Source: Antedon mediterranea (Eukaryota > Animalia > Echinodermata). Taken from it: a stretch of 64,000 nt of DNA. The DNA lies in contig NC_092676.1 of the NCBI RefSeq assembly GCF_964355755.1, positions 13,006,771-13,070,770 on the forward strand. The letters run 5' to 3'. The notes beneath the pieces are model-generated. The model was not told the DNA's origin. It searched no databases and saw only the letters and a list, made by a program, of their open reading frames with translations. Positions within the stretch are counted from its first letter, which is position 1; each line of letters opens with the position of its first letter. Below are positions 38,610 to 53,099 of the stretch, in pieces. Position numbers and translations under genes: made by a program.

Positions 38610-41600
38610 GCATTTCGATGGAACTTGGTTACACAAAAACATCAAAGTGCTTAAAATCACATTTAAAACCGTTTTAGAGCATTTTGAGCATTTCGATCAA
38701 ACTTTTCACACAAAAACATCAAAGTGTACAAAATAACTTCAAATCGCATTTAGAGACGTTTTAGACCATTTTGTGCATTTTGGTAAAACTTTTCACACAA
38801 AAACATCAAATTGCACAAAATAGCTTAATATCGTGTTTGAAAACGTTTTAAACCATTTTGAGCATGTCGATAAAACTTTTCACATAAAAATATCAAAGTG
38901 CACAGAATAGCTTCAAATCGCATTTGGAGACGTTTTAGACCATTTTGTGCATTTTGGTAAAACTTTTCACACAAAAACATCAAATTGCACAAAATAGCTT
39001 AATATCGTGTTTGAAAACGTTTTAAACCATTTTGAGCATGTCGATAAAACTTTTCACTCAAAAATATCAAAGTGCACAGAATATCTTCAAATCGCATTTA
39101 GAGACGTTTTAGACCATTTTGTGCATTTTGAAAAAATTTGTTAACATAAAAAGACCAAAGTGTTTAGAATATCTCCAAATCGCATTTGGAGACGTTTTAG
39201 ACCATTTTGTGTTTTTCGAAAAAACTTTTCACACAAAAACATCAAAGTGTACAAAATTGCTTCAAATCGCATTTGGAGACGTTTTAGACCATTTTGTGCA
39301 TTTTGGTAAAACTTTTCACACAAAAACATCAAAATTCACAAAATAGCTTAATATCGTGTTTGAAAACGTTTTAAACCATTTTGAGCATGTCGATAAAACT
39401 TTTCACTCAAAAATATCAAAGTGCACAGAATATCTTCAAATCGCATTTAGAGACGTTTTAGACCATTTTGTGCATTTCAAAAAAAATTGTTAACATAAAA
39501 AGACCAAAGTGTTTAGAATATCTCCAAATCGCATTTGGAGACGTTTTAGACCATTTTGCGCATTTCGATGAAACTTGGTTACACAAAAACATCAAAGTGC
39601 TTAAAATCACATTTAAAACCGTTTTAGAGCGTTTTGAGCATTTCGATAAACTTTTCAAACAAAAACATCAAAGTGTACAAAATAGCTTCAAATCGTATTT
39701 GGAGACGTTTTAGACCATTTTGTGCGTTTCGATGAATCTTGGTTACACAAAAACATCAAAGTGCTTAAAATCACATTTAAAACCGTTTTAGTGCATTTTG
39801 AGCATTTCGATAAAACTTTTCACACAAAAACATCAAAGTGCACAAAATAGCTTCAAATCGCATTTAGAGATGTTTTAGACCATTTTGTGCGTTTCGATAA
39901 AACTTTTCACACAAAAACATCAAATTGCACAAAATAGCTTAATATCGTGTTTGAAAACGTTTTAGACCATTTTGAGCATGTCGATAAAACTTTTCACACA
40001 AAAACATAAAAGTGCACAAAATAGCTTCAAATCGCATTTAGAGATGTTTTAGACCATTTTGTGCGTTTCGATAAAACTTTTCACACAAAAACATCAAATT
40101 GCACAAAATAGCTTAATATCGTGTTTGAAAACGTTTTAGACCATTTTGAGCATGTCGATAAAACTTTTCACACAAAAACATAAAAGTGCACAGAATAGCT
40201 TCAAATCGCATTTGGAGACGTTTTAGACCATTTTGTGCATTTCGAAAAAACTTTTTAACATAAAAACACCAAAGTGCTTAGAATAGCTTCAAATCGCATT
40301 TGGAGACGTTTTAGACCATTTTGTGCATTTCGATGGAACTTGGTTACACAAAAACATCAAAGTGCTTAAAATCACATTTAAAACCGTTTTAGAGCATTTT
40401 GAGCATTTCGATCAAACTTTTCACACAAAAACATCAAAGTGTACAAAATAACTTCAAATCGCATTTAGAGACGTTTTAGACCATTTTGTGCATTTTGGTA
40501 AAACTTTTCACACAAAAACATCAAATTGCACAAAATAGCTTAATATCGTGTTTGAAAACGTTTTAAACCATTTTGAGCATGTCGATAAAACTTTTCACAT
40601 AAAAATATCAAAGTGCACAGAATAGCTTCAAATCGCATTTGGAGACGTTTTAGACCATTTTGTGCATTTTGGTAAAACTTTTCACACAAAAACATCAAAT
40701 TGCACAAAATAGCTTAATATCGTGTTTGAAAACGTTTTAAACCATTTTGAGCATGTCGATAAAACTTTTCACTCAAAAATATCAAAGTGCACAGAATATC
40801 TTCAAATCGCATTTAGAGACGTTTTAGACCATTTTGTGCATTTTGAAAAAATTTGTTAACATAAAAAGACCAAAGTGTTTAGAATATCTCCAAATCGCAT
40901 TTGGAGACGTTTTAGACCATTTTGTGTTTTTCGATAAAACTTTTCACATAAAAATATCAAAGTGCACAGAATAGCTTCAAATCGCATTTGGAGACGTTTT
41001 AGACCATTTTGTGCATTTTGGTAAAACTTTTCACACAAAAACATCAAATTGCACAAAATAGCTTAATATCGTGTTTGAAAACGTTTTAAACCATTTTGAG
41101 CATGTCGATAAAACTTTTCACTCAAAAATATCAAAGTGCACAGAATATCTTCAAATCGCATTTAGAGACGTTTTAGACCATTTTGTGCATTTCGAAAAAA
41201 ATTGTTAACATAAAAAGACCAAAGTGTTTAGAATATCTCCAAATCGCATTTGGAGACGTTTTAGACCATTTTGCGCATTTCGATGAAACTTGGTTACACA
41301 AAAACATCAAAGTGCTTAAAATCACATTTAAAACCGTTTTAGAGCGTTTTGAGCATTTCGATAAACTTTTCAAACAAAGACATCAAAGTGTACAAAATAG
41401 CTTCAAATCGTATTTGGAGACGTTTTAGACCATTTTGTGCGTTTCGATAAATCTTGGTTACACAAAAACATCAAAGTGCTTAAAATCACATTTAAAACCG
41501 TTTTAGTGCATTTTGAGCATTTCGATAAAACTTTTCACACAAAAACATCAAAGTGCACAAAATAGCTTCAAATCGCATTTAGAGATGTTTTAGACCATTT

Positions 41601-42045
41601 TGTGCGTTTCGATAAAACTTTTCACACAAAAACATCAAATTGCACAAAATAGCTTAATATCGTGTTTGAAAACGTTTTAGACCATTTTGAGCATGTCGAT
41701 AAAACTTTTCACACAAAAACATAAAAGTGCACAAAATAGCTTCAAATCGCATTTAGAGATGTTTTAGACCATTTTGTGCGTTTCGATAAAACTTTTCACA
41801 CAAAAACATCAAATTGCACAAAATAGCTTAATATCGTGTTTGAAAACGTTTTAGACCATTTTGAGCATGTCGATAAAACTTTTCACACAAAAACATAAAA
41901 GTGCACAGAATAGCTTCAAATCGCATTTGGAGACGTTTTAGACCATTTTGTGCATTTCGAAAAAACTTTTTAACATAAAAACACCAAAGTGCTTAGAATA
42001 GCTTCAAATCGCATTTGGAGACGTTTTAGACCATTTTGTGCATTT
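38610..42045 (+). repeat. 1715-bp tandem duplication (2 copies)
   Basis: The GATCAAACT marker is at 38695 and 40410. ORF pair 39468/41183. Shared TTTTGGTAAAAC, CACTCAAAA and TTTTGCGCAT variants. Confidence 0.87.
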
Positions 42046-45000
42046 CGATGAAACTTGGTTACACAAAAACATCAAAGTGCTTAAAATCACATTTGAAACC
42101 GTTATAGAGCATTTTTAGCATTTCGATAAAACTTTTCACACAAAAACATCAAAGTGTACAAAATAGCTTCAAATCACATTTGAAACCGTTTTAGACCATT
42201 TTGAGCATTTCGATAAAACTTTTCACACAAAAACATCAAAGTGTACAGAATAGCTTCAAATCGCATTTGGAGACGTTTTAGACCATTTTGTGCATTTCGA
42301 TGAAACTTGGTTACACAAAAACATCAAAGTGCTTAAAATCACATTTGAAACCGTTTTAGAGCATTTTTAACATTTCGATAATACTTTTCACACAAAAACA
42401 TCAAAGTGTACAAAATAGCTTCAAATCACATTTGAAACCGTTTTAGACCATATTGAGCATTTCGATAAAACTTTTCACACAAAAACATCAAAGTGTACAA
42501 AATAGCTTCAAATCGCATTTGGAGACGTTTTAGACCATTTTGTGCATTTCGATGAAACTTGGTTACACAAAAACATCAAAGTGCTTAAAATCACATTTGA
42601 AAGCGTTTTAGAGCATTTTTAGCATTTCGATAATACTTTTCACACAAAAACATAAAAGTTCACAAAATAGCTTCAAATCGCATTTAGAGATGTTTTAGAC
42701 CATTTTGTGCATTTCGATAAAACTTTTCACACAAAAACATCAAATTGCACAAAATAGCTTAATACCGTGTTTGAAATCATTTTAAACCATTTTGAGCATG
42801 TCGATAAAACTTTTCACACAAAAACATCAAAGTGTTTAGAATATCTCCAAATCGCATTTGGAGACGTTTTAGACCATTTTGTGCATTTCGAAAAAATTTG
42901 TTAACATAAAAAGACCAAAGTGTTTAGAATATCTCCAAATCGCATTTGGAGACGTTTTAAACCATTTTGTGCATTTCGATGGAACTTGGTTACACAAAAA
43001 CATCAAAGTGCTTAAAATCACATTTAAAACCGTTTTAGAGCATTTTGAGCATTTCGATAAAACTTTTCACACAAAAACATCAAAGTGTACAAAATAGCTT
43101 CAAATCGCATTTAGAGAGGTTTTAGACCATTTTGTGCATTTCGATAAAACTTTACACACAAAAACATCAAAGTGTACAAAATAGCTTCAAATCGCATTTA
43201 GAGACGTTTTAGACCATTTTGTGCATTTCGATAAAACTTTTCACACAAAAACATCAAATTGCACAAAATAGCTTAATATCGTGTTTAAAACCGTTTTTAC
43301 CATTTTGAGCATTTCGATAAACTTTTCACACAAAAACATCAAAGTGCACAAAATAGCTTCAAATCGCATTTAGAGATGTTTTAGAACATTTTGTGCATTT
43401 CGATAAAATTTTTCACACAAAAACATCAAATTGCACAAAAAAGCTTAATACCGTGTTTGAAATCGTTTTAAACCAATTTGAGCATGTCGATAAAACTTTT
43501 CACACAAAAACATCAAAGTGCACAGAATATCTTCAAATCGCATTTAGAGACGTTTTAGACCATTTTGGGCATTTCGATGAAACTTGGTTACACAAATACA
43601 TAAAAGTGCTTAAAATCACATTTAAAACCGTTTTAGAGCATTTTGAGCATTTCGATAAAACTTTTCACACAAAAACATCAAAGTGTACAAAATAGCTTCA
43701 AATCGCATTTAGAGAGGTTTTAGACCATTTTGTGCATTTCGATAAAACTTTTCACACAAAAACATCAAAGTGTACAAAATAACTTCAAATCGTATTTAGA
43801 GACGTTTTAGACCATTTTGTGCATTTTGATAAAACTTTTCACACAAAAACATCAAATTGCACAAAATAGCTTAATATCGTGTTTGAAAACGTTTTAAACC
43901 ATTTTGAGCATGTCGATAAAACTTTTCACACAAAAACATCAAATTGCACAAAATAGCTTAATATCGTGTTTGAAAACGTTTTAGACCATTTTGAGCATGT
44001 CGATAAAACTTTTCACACAAAAACATAAAAGTGCACAAAATAGCTTCAAATCGCATTTAGAGATGTTTTAGACCATTTTGTGCGTTTCGATAAAACTTTT
44101 CACACAAAAACATCAAATTGCACAAAATAGCTTAATATCGTGTTTGAAAACGTTTTAGACCATTTTGAGCATGTCGATAAAACTTTTCACACAAAAACAT
44201 AAAAGTGCACAGAATAGCTTCAAATCGCATTTGGAGACGTTTTAGACCATTTTGTGCATTTCGAAAAAACTTTTTAACATAAAAACACCAAAGTGCTTAG
44301 AATAGCTTCAAATCGCATTTGGAGACGTTTTAGACCATTTTGTGCATTTCGATGGAACTTGGTTACACAAAAACATCAAAGTGCTTAAAATCACATTTAA
44401 AACCGTTTTAGAGCATTTTGAGCATTTCGATCAAACTTTTCACACAAAAACATCAAAGTGTACAAAATAACTTCAAATCGCATTTAGAGACGTTTTAGAC
44501 CATTTTGTGCATTTTGGTAAAACTTTTCACACAAAAACATCAAATTGCACAAAATAGCTTAATATCGTGTTTGAAAACGTTTTAAACCATTTTGAGCATG
44601 TCGATAAAACTTTTCACATAAAAATATCAAAGTGCACAGAATAGCTTCAAATCGCATTTGGAGACGTTTTAGACCATTTTGTGCATTTTGGTAAAACTTT
44701 TCACACAAAAACATCAAATTGCACAAAATAGCTTAATATCGTGTTTGAAAACGTTTTAAACCATTTTGAGCATGTCGATAAAACTTTTCACTCAAAAATA
44801 TCAAAGTGCACAGAATATCTTCAAATCGCATTTAGAGACGTTTTAGACCATTTTGTGCATTTTGAAAAAATTTGTTAACATAAAAAGACCAAAGTGTTTA
44901 GAATATCTCCAAATCGCATTTGGAGACGTTTTAGACCATTTTGTGTTTTTCGAAAAAACTTTTCACACAAAAACATCAAAGTGTACAAAATTGCTTCAAA

Positions 45001-46910
45001 TCGCATTTGGAGACGTTTTAGACCATTTTGTGCATTTTGGTAAAACTTTTCACACAAAAACATCAAAATTCACAAAATAGCTTAATATCGTGTTTGAAAA
45101 CGTTTTAAACCATTTTGAGCATGTCGATAAAACTTTTCACTCAAAAATATCAAAGTGCACAGAATATCTTCAAATCGCATTTAGAGACGTTTTAGACCAT
45201 TTTGTGCATTTCGAAAAAAATTGTTAACATAAAAAGACCAAAGTGTTTAGAATATCTCCAAATCGCATTTGGAGACGTTTTAGACCATTTTGCGCATTTC
45301 GATGAAACTTGGTTACACAAAAACATCAAAGTGCTTAAAATCACATTTAAAACCGTTTTAGAGCGTTTTGAGCATTTCGATAAACTTTTCAAACAAAGAC
45401 ATCAAAGTGTACAAAATAGCTTCAAATCGTATTTGGAGACGTTTTAGACCATTTTGTGCGTTTCGATGAATCTTGGTTACACAAAAACATCAAAGTGCTT
45501 AAAATCACATTTAAAACCGTTTTAGTGCATTTTGAGTATTTCGATAAAACTTTTCACACAAAAACATCAAAGTGCACAAAATAGCTTCAAATCGCATTTA
45601 GAGATGTTTTAGACCATTTTGTGCGTTTCGATAAAACTTTTCACACAAAAACATCAAAGTGCACAAAATAGCTTAATATCGTGTTTGAAAACGTTTTAGA
45701 CCATTTTGAGCATGTCGATAAAACTTTTCACACAAAAACATAAAAGTGCACAAAATAGCTTCAAATCGCATTTAGAGATGTTTTAGACCATTTTGTGGGT
45801 TTCGATAAAACTTTTCACACAAAAACATCAAATTGCACAAAATAGCTTAATATCGTGTTTGAAAACGTTTTAGACCATTTTGAGCATGTCGATAAAACTT
45901 TTCACACAAAAACATAAAAGTGCACAGAATAGCTTCAAATCGCATTTGGAGACGTTTTAGACCATTTTGTGCATTTCGAAAAAACTTTTTAACATAAAAA
46001 CACCAAAGTGCTTAGAATAGCTTCAAATCGCATTTGGAGACGTTTTAGACCATTTTGTGCATTTCGATGAAACTTGGTTACACAAAAACATCAAAGTGCT
46101 TAAAATCACATTTGAAACCGTTATAGAGCATTTTTAGCATTTCGATAAAACTTTTCACACAAAAACATCAAAGTGTACAAAATAGCTTCAAATCACATTT
46201 GAAACCGTTTTAGACCATTTTGAGCATTTCGATAAAACTTTTCACACAAAAACATCAAAGTGTACAGAATAGCTTCAAATCGCATTTGGAGACGTTTTAG
46301 ACCATTTTGTGCATTTCGATGAAACTTGGTTACACAAAAACATCAAAGTGCTTAAAATCACATTTGAAACCGTTTTAGAGCATTTTTAACATTTCGATAA
46401 TACTTTTCACACAAAAACATCAAAGTGTACAAAATAGCTTCAAATCACATTTGAAACCGTTTTAGACCATATTGAGCATTTCGATAAAACTTTTCACACA
46501 AAAACATCAAAGTGTACAAAATAGCTTCAAATCGCATTTGGAGACGTTTTAGACCATTTTGTGCATTTCGATGAAACTTGGTTACACAAAAACATCAAAG
46601 TGCTTAAAATCACATTTGAAAGCGTTTTAGAGCATTTTTAGCATTTCGATAATACTTTTCACACAAAAACATAAAAGTGCACAAAATAGCTTCAAATCGC
46701 ATTTAGAGATGTTTTAGACCATTTTGTGCATTTCGATAAAACTTTTCACACAAAAACATCAAATTGCACAAAATAGCTTAATACCGTGTTTGAAATCATT
46801 TTAAACCATTTTGAGCATGTCGATAAAACTTTTCACACAAAAACATCAAAGTGTTTAGAATATCTCCAAATCACATTTGGAGACGTTTTAGACCATTTTG
46901 TGCATTTCGA
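39900..46910 (+). repeat. About 3-kb direct duplication at 4019-bp offset (39900-42890 vs 43920-46910), separated by a ~1-kb copy of 9670-10760
   Basis: Markers AAACAAAGACATC (41372/45391), GTTATAGAG (42101/46120), CCATATTGAG (42448/46467) and GATCAAACT (40410/44429). The intervening ORFs 42879 and 43393 match 9671 and 10185 at offset 33208. Confidence 0.87.
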
Positions 46911-49900
46911 TGAAACTTGGTTACACAAAAACATCAAAGTGCTTAAAATCACATTTGAAACCGTTTTAGAGCATTTTGAGCATTTCGATAAAACTTTTCA
47001 AACAAAAACATCAAAGTGTACAAAATAGCTTCAAATCACATTTGAAACCGTTTTAGACCATTTTGAGCATTTCGATAAAACTTTTCACACAAAAACATCA
47101 AAGTGTACAAAATAGCTTCAAATCGCATTTGGAGACGTTTTAGACCATTTTGTGCATTTCGATGAAACTTGGTTACACAAAAACATCAAAGTGCTTAAAA
47201 TCACATTTGAAACCGTTTTAGAGCATTTTTAGCATTTCGATAATACTTTTCACACAAAACATCAAAGTGTACAAAATAGCTTCAAATCGCATTCGGAGAC
47301 GTTTTAGACCATTTTGTGCATTTCGATGAAACTTGGTTACACAAAAACATCAAAGTGCTTAAAATCACATTTGAAACCGTTTTAGACCATTTTGAGCATT
47401 TCGATAAAACTTTTCACACAAAAAAATCAAAGTGCACAAAATAGCTTCAAATCGCATTTGGGGACGTTTTAGACTATTTTGTGCATTTCGAAAAAAATTG
47501 TTAACATAAAAAGACCAAAGTGTTTAGAATATCTCCAAATCGCATTTGGAGACGTTTTAAACCATTTTGTGCATTTCGATGGAACTTGGTTACACAAAAA
47601 CATCAAAGTGCTTAAAATCACATTTAAAACCGTTTTAGAGCATTTTTAGCATTTCGATAAAACTTTTCACACAAAAACATCAAAGTGTACAAAATAGCTT
47701 CAAATCGCATTTAGAGAGGTTTTAGACAATTTTGTGCATTTCGATAAAACTTTTCACACAAAAACATCAAAGTGTACAAAATAGCTTCAAATTGCATTTA
47801 GAGACGTTTTAGACCATTTTGTGCATTTCGATAAAACTTTTCACACAAAAACATCAAATTGCACAAAATCGTTTTAAACCATTTTAAATCGTTTTAAACC
47901 ATTTTGAGCATGTCGATAAAACTTTTCACAAAAAACATCAAAGTGCACAGAATAGCTTCAAATTGCATTTGGAGACGTTTTAGAGCATTTTGTGCATTTC
48001 GATAAAATGTGTTAACATAAAAAGACCAAAGTGTTTAGAATATCTTCAAATCACATTTGGAGACGTTTTAGACCATTTTTTGCATTTCGATGAAACTTGG
48101 TTACACAAAAACATCAAAGTGCTTAAAATCACATTTGAAACCGTTTTAGAGCATTTTGAGCATTTCGATAAAACTTTTCACACAAAAACATCAAAGTGTA
48201 CAAAATAGCTTCAAATCACATTTGAAACCATTTTAGACCATTTTGAGCATTTCGATAAAACTTTTCACACAAAAACATCAAAGTGTACAAAATAGCTTCA
48301 AATCGCATTTGGAGACGTTTTAGACCATTTTGTGCATTTCGATGAAACTTGGTTACACAAAAACATCAAAGTGCTTAAAATCACATTTGAAACCGTTTTA
48401 GAGCATTTTTAGCATTTCGATAATACTTTTCACACAAAAACATCAAAGTGTACAAAATAGCTTCAAATCGCATTTAGAGATGTTTTAGACCATTTTGTGC
48501 ATTTCGATGAAACTTGGTTACACAAAAACATCAAAGTGCTTAAAATCACATTTGAAACCGTTTTAGAGCATTTTGAGCATTTCGATAAAACTTTTCACAC
48601 AAAAAAATCAAACTGCACAAAATAGCTTCAAATCGCATTTGGAGAGGTTTTAGACCATTTTGTGCATTTCGATAAAACTTTTCACACAAAAACATCAAAG
48701 TGCACAGAATATCTTCAAATCGCATTTAGAGACGTTTTAGACCATTTTGTGCATTTCGAAAAAATTTGTTAACATAAAAAGACCAAAGTGTTTAGAATAT
48801 CTCCAAATCGCATTTGGAGACGTTTTAGACCATTTTGAGCATGTCGATAAAACTTTTCACAAAAAAATATCAAAGTGCACAGAATATCTTCAAATCGCAT
48901 TTAGAGACGTTTTAGACCATTTTGTGCATTTTCGATGAAACTTGGTTACACAAAAACATCAAAGTGCTTAAAATCACATTTAAAACCGTTTTAGAGCGTT
49001 TTGAGCATTTCGATAAAACTTTTCACACAAAAACATCAAATTGCACAAAATAGCTTAATACCGTGTTTGAAATCATTTTAAACCATTTTGAGCATGTCGA
49101 TAAAACTTTTCACACAAAAACATCAAAGTGCACAGAATATCTTCAAATCGCATTTAGAGACGTTTTAGACCATTTTGTGCATTTCGAAAAAATTTGTTAA
49201 CATAAAAAGACCAAAGTGTTTAGAATATCTCCAAATCGCAATTTGAGACGTTTTAGACCATTTTGTGCATTTCGATGAAACTTGGTTACACAAAAACATC
49301 AAAGTGCTTAAAATCACATTTGAAACCGTTTTAGAGCATTTTGAGCATTTCGATAAAACTTTTCACACAAAAACATCAAAGTGTACAAAATAGCTTCAAA
49401 TCACATTTGAAACCGTTTTAGACCATTTTGAGCATTTCGATAAAACTTTTCACACAAAAACATCAAAGTGTACAAAATAGCTTCAAATCGCATTTGGAGA
49501 CGTTTTAGACCATTTTGTGCATTTCGATGAAACTTGGTTACACAAAAACATCAAAGTGCTTAAAATCACATTTGAAACCGTTTTAGAGCATTTTTAGCAT
49601 TTCGATAATACTTTTCACACAAAAACATCAAAGTGTACAAAATAGCTTCAAATCGCATTTAGAGATGTTTTAGACCATTTTGTGCAATTCGATAAAACTT
49701 TTCACACAAAAACATCAAATTGCACAAAATAGCTTAATATCGTGTTTGAAAACGTTTTAGACCATTTTGAGCATGTCGATAAAACTTTTCACACAAAAAC
49801 ATAAAAGTGAACAGAATAGCTTCAAATTGCATTTGGAGACGTTTTAGAGCATTTTGTGCATTTCGATAAAATGTGTTAACATAAAAAGACCAAAGTGTTT

Positions 49901-52900
49901 AGAATATCTTCAAATCACATTTGGAGACGTTTTAGACCATTTTTTGCATTTCGATGAAACTTGGTTACACAAAAACATCAAAGTGCTTAAAATCACATTT
50001 AAAACCGTTTTAGAGCATTTTGAGCATTTCGATAAAACTTTTCACACAAAAACATCAAAGTGTACAAAATAGCTTCAAATCGCATTTAGAGAGGTTTTAG
50101 ACCATTTTGTGCATTTCGATAAAACTTTTCACACAAAAACATCAAAGTGTACAAAATAACTTCAAATCGTATTTAGAGACGTTTTAGACCATTTTGTGCA
50201 TTTTGATAAAACTTTTCACACAAAAACATCAAATTGCACAAAATAGCTTAATATCGTGTTTGAAAACGTTTTAAACCATTTTGAGCATGTCGATAAAACT
50301 TTTCACACAAAAATATCAAAGTGCACAGAATATCTTCAAATCGCATTTAGAGACGTTTTAGACCATTTTGTGCATTTCGAAAAAATTTGTTAACATAAAA
50401 AGACCAAAGTGTTTAGAATATCTCCAAATCGCATTTGGAGACGTTTTAGACCATTTTGTGTTTTTCGAAAAAACTTTTCACACAAAAACATCAAAGTGTA
50501 CAAAATTCCTTCAAATCGCATTTGGAGACGTTTTAGACCATTTTGTGATTTTCGAAAAACTTTTCACACAAAAACATCAAAGTGTAGAAAATTGCTTCAA
50601 ATCGCATTTAGAGATGTTTTAGAGCATTTTGTGCATTTCGAAAAAATTTGTTAACATAAAAAGACCAAAGTGTTTAGAATATCTCCAAATCGCATTTGGA
50701 GACGTTTTAGACCATTTTGTGCATTTCGATGACACTTGGTTACACAAAAACATCAAAGTGCTTAAAATCACATTTAAAACCGTTTTAGAGCGTTTTGAGC
50801 ATTTCGATAAACTTTTCAAACAAAAACATCAAAGTGTACAAAATAGCTTCAAATCGTATTTGGAGACGTTTTAGACCATTTTGTGCGTTTCGATGAATCT
50901 TGGTTACACAAAAACATCAAAGTGCTTAAAATCAAATTTAAAACCGTTTTAGTGCATTTTGAGCATTTCGATAAAACTTTTCACACAAAAACATCAAAGT
51001 GCACAAAATAGCTTCAAATCGCATTCAGAGATGTTTTAGACCATTTTGTGCGTTTCGATAAAACTTTTCACACAAAAACATCAAATTGCACAAAATAGCT
51101 TAATATCGTGTTTGAAAACGTTTTAGACCATTTTGAGCATGTCGATAAAACTTTTCACACAAAAACATAAAAGTGCACAGAATAGCTTCAAATCGCATTT
51201 GGAGACGTTTTAGACCATTTTGTGCATTTCGAAAAAACTTTTTAACATAAAAACACCAAAGTGCTTAGAATAGCTTCAAATCGCATTTGGAGACGTTTTA
51301 GACCATTTTGTGCATTTCGATGAAACTTGGTTACACAAAAACATCAAAGTGCTTAAAATCACATTTGAAACCGTTTTAGAGCATTTTGAGCATTTCGATA
51401 AAACTTTTCACACAAAAACATCAAAGTGTACAAAATAGCTTCAAATCACATTTGAAACCGTTTTAGACCATTTTGAGCATTTCGATAAAACTTTTCACAC
51501 AAAAACATCAAAGTGTACAAAATAGCTTCAAATCGCATTTGGAGACGTTTTAGACCATTTTGTGCATTTCGATGAAACTTGGTTACACAAAAACATCAAA
51601 GTGCTTAAAATCACATTTGAAACCGTTTTAGACCATTTTGAGCGTTTCGATAAAACTTTTCACACAAATAAATCAGAGTGCACAAAATAGCTTCAAATCA
51701 CATTTGGAGACGTTTTAGACTATTTTGTGCATTTCGAAAAAATTTGTTAACATAAAAAGACCAAAGTGTTTAGAATATCTCCAAATCGCATTTGGAGACG
51801 TTTTAAACCATTTTGTGCATTTCGATGGAACTTGGTTACACAAAAACATCAAAGTGCTTAAAATCACATTTAAAACCGTTTTAGAGCATTTTGAGCATTT
51901 CGATAAAACTTTTCACACAAAAACATCAAAGTGTACAAAATAGCTTCAAATCGCATTTAGAGACGTTTTAGACCATTTTGTGCATTTTGATAAAACTTTT
52001 CACACAAAAACATCAAATTGCACAAAATAGCTTAATATTGTGTTTGAAAACGTTTTAAACCATTTTGAGCATGTCGATAAAACTTTTCACACAAAAATAT
52101 CAAAGTGCCCAGAATATCTTCAAATCGCATTTAGAGACGTTTTAGACCATTTTGTGCATTTCGAAAAAATTTGTTAACATAAAAAGACCAAAGTGTTTAG
52201 ATTATCTCCAAATGGCATTTGGAGACGTTTTAGACCATTTTGTGTTTTTCGAAAAAACTTTTCACACAAAAACATCAAAGTGTACAAAATTGCTTCAAAT
52301 CGCATTTAGAGAGGTTTTAGACCATTTTGTGCATTTCGATAAAACTTTTCACACAAAAACATCAAAGTGCACAGAATATCTTAATACCGTGTCTGAAATC
52401 GTTTTAAACCATTTTGAGCATGTCGATAAAACCTTTCACACAAAAACATCAAAGTGCACAGAATATCTTCAAATCGCATTTAGAGACGTTTTAGACCATT
52501 TTGTGCATTTCGAAAAAATTTGTTAACATAAAAAGACCAAAGTGTTTAGAATATCTCCAAATCGCATTTGGAGACGTTTTAGACCATTTTGTGCATTTCG
52601 ATGAAACTTGGTTACACAAAAACATCAAAGTGCTTAAAATCACATTTGAAACCGTTTTAGAGCATTTTGAGCATTTCGATAAAACTTTTCACACAAAAAC
52701 ATCAAAGTGTACAAAATAGCTTCAAATCACATTTGAAACCGTTTTAGACCATTTTGAGCATTTCGATAAAACTTTTCACACAAAAACATCAAAGTGTACA
52801 GAATAGCTTCAAATCGCATTTGGAGACGTTTTAGACCATTTTGTGCATTTCGATGAAACTTGGTTACACAAAAACATCAAAGTGCTTAAAATCACATTTG

Positions 52901-53099
52901 AAACCGTTTTAGAGCATTTTTAACATTTCGATAATACTTTTCACACAAAAACATCAAAGTGTACAAAATTGCTTCAAATCGCATTTGGAGACGTTTTAGA
53001 CACATTTTGTGCATTTCGATGAAACTTGGTTACACAAAAACATCAAAGTGCTTAAAATCACATTTGAAACCGTTTTAGAGCATTTTGAGCATTTCGATA

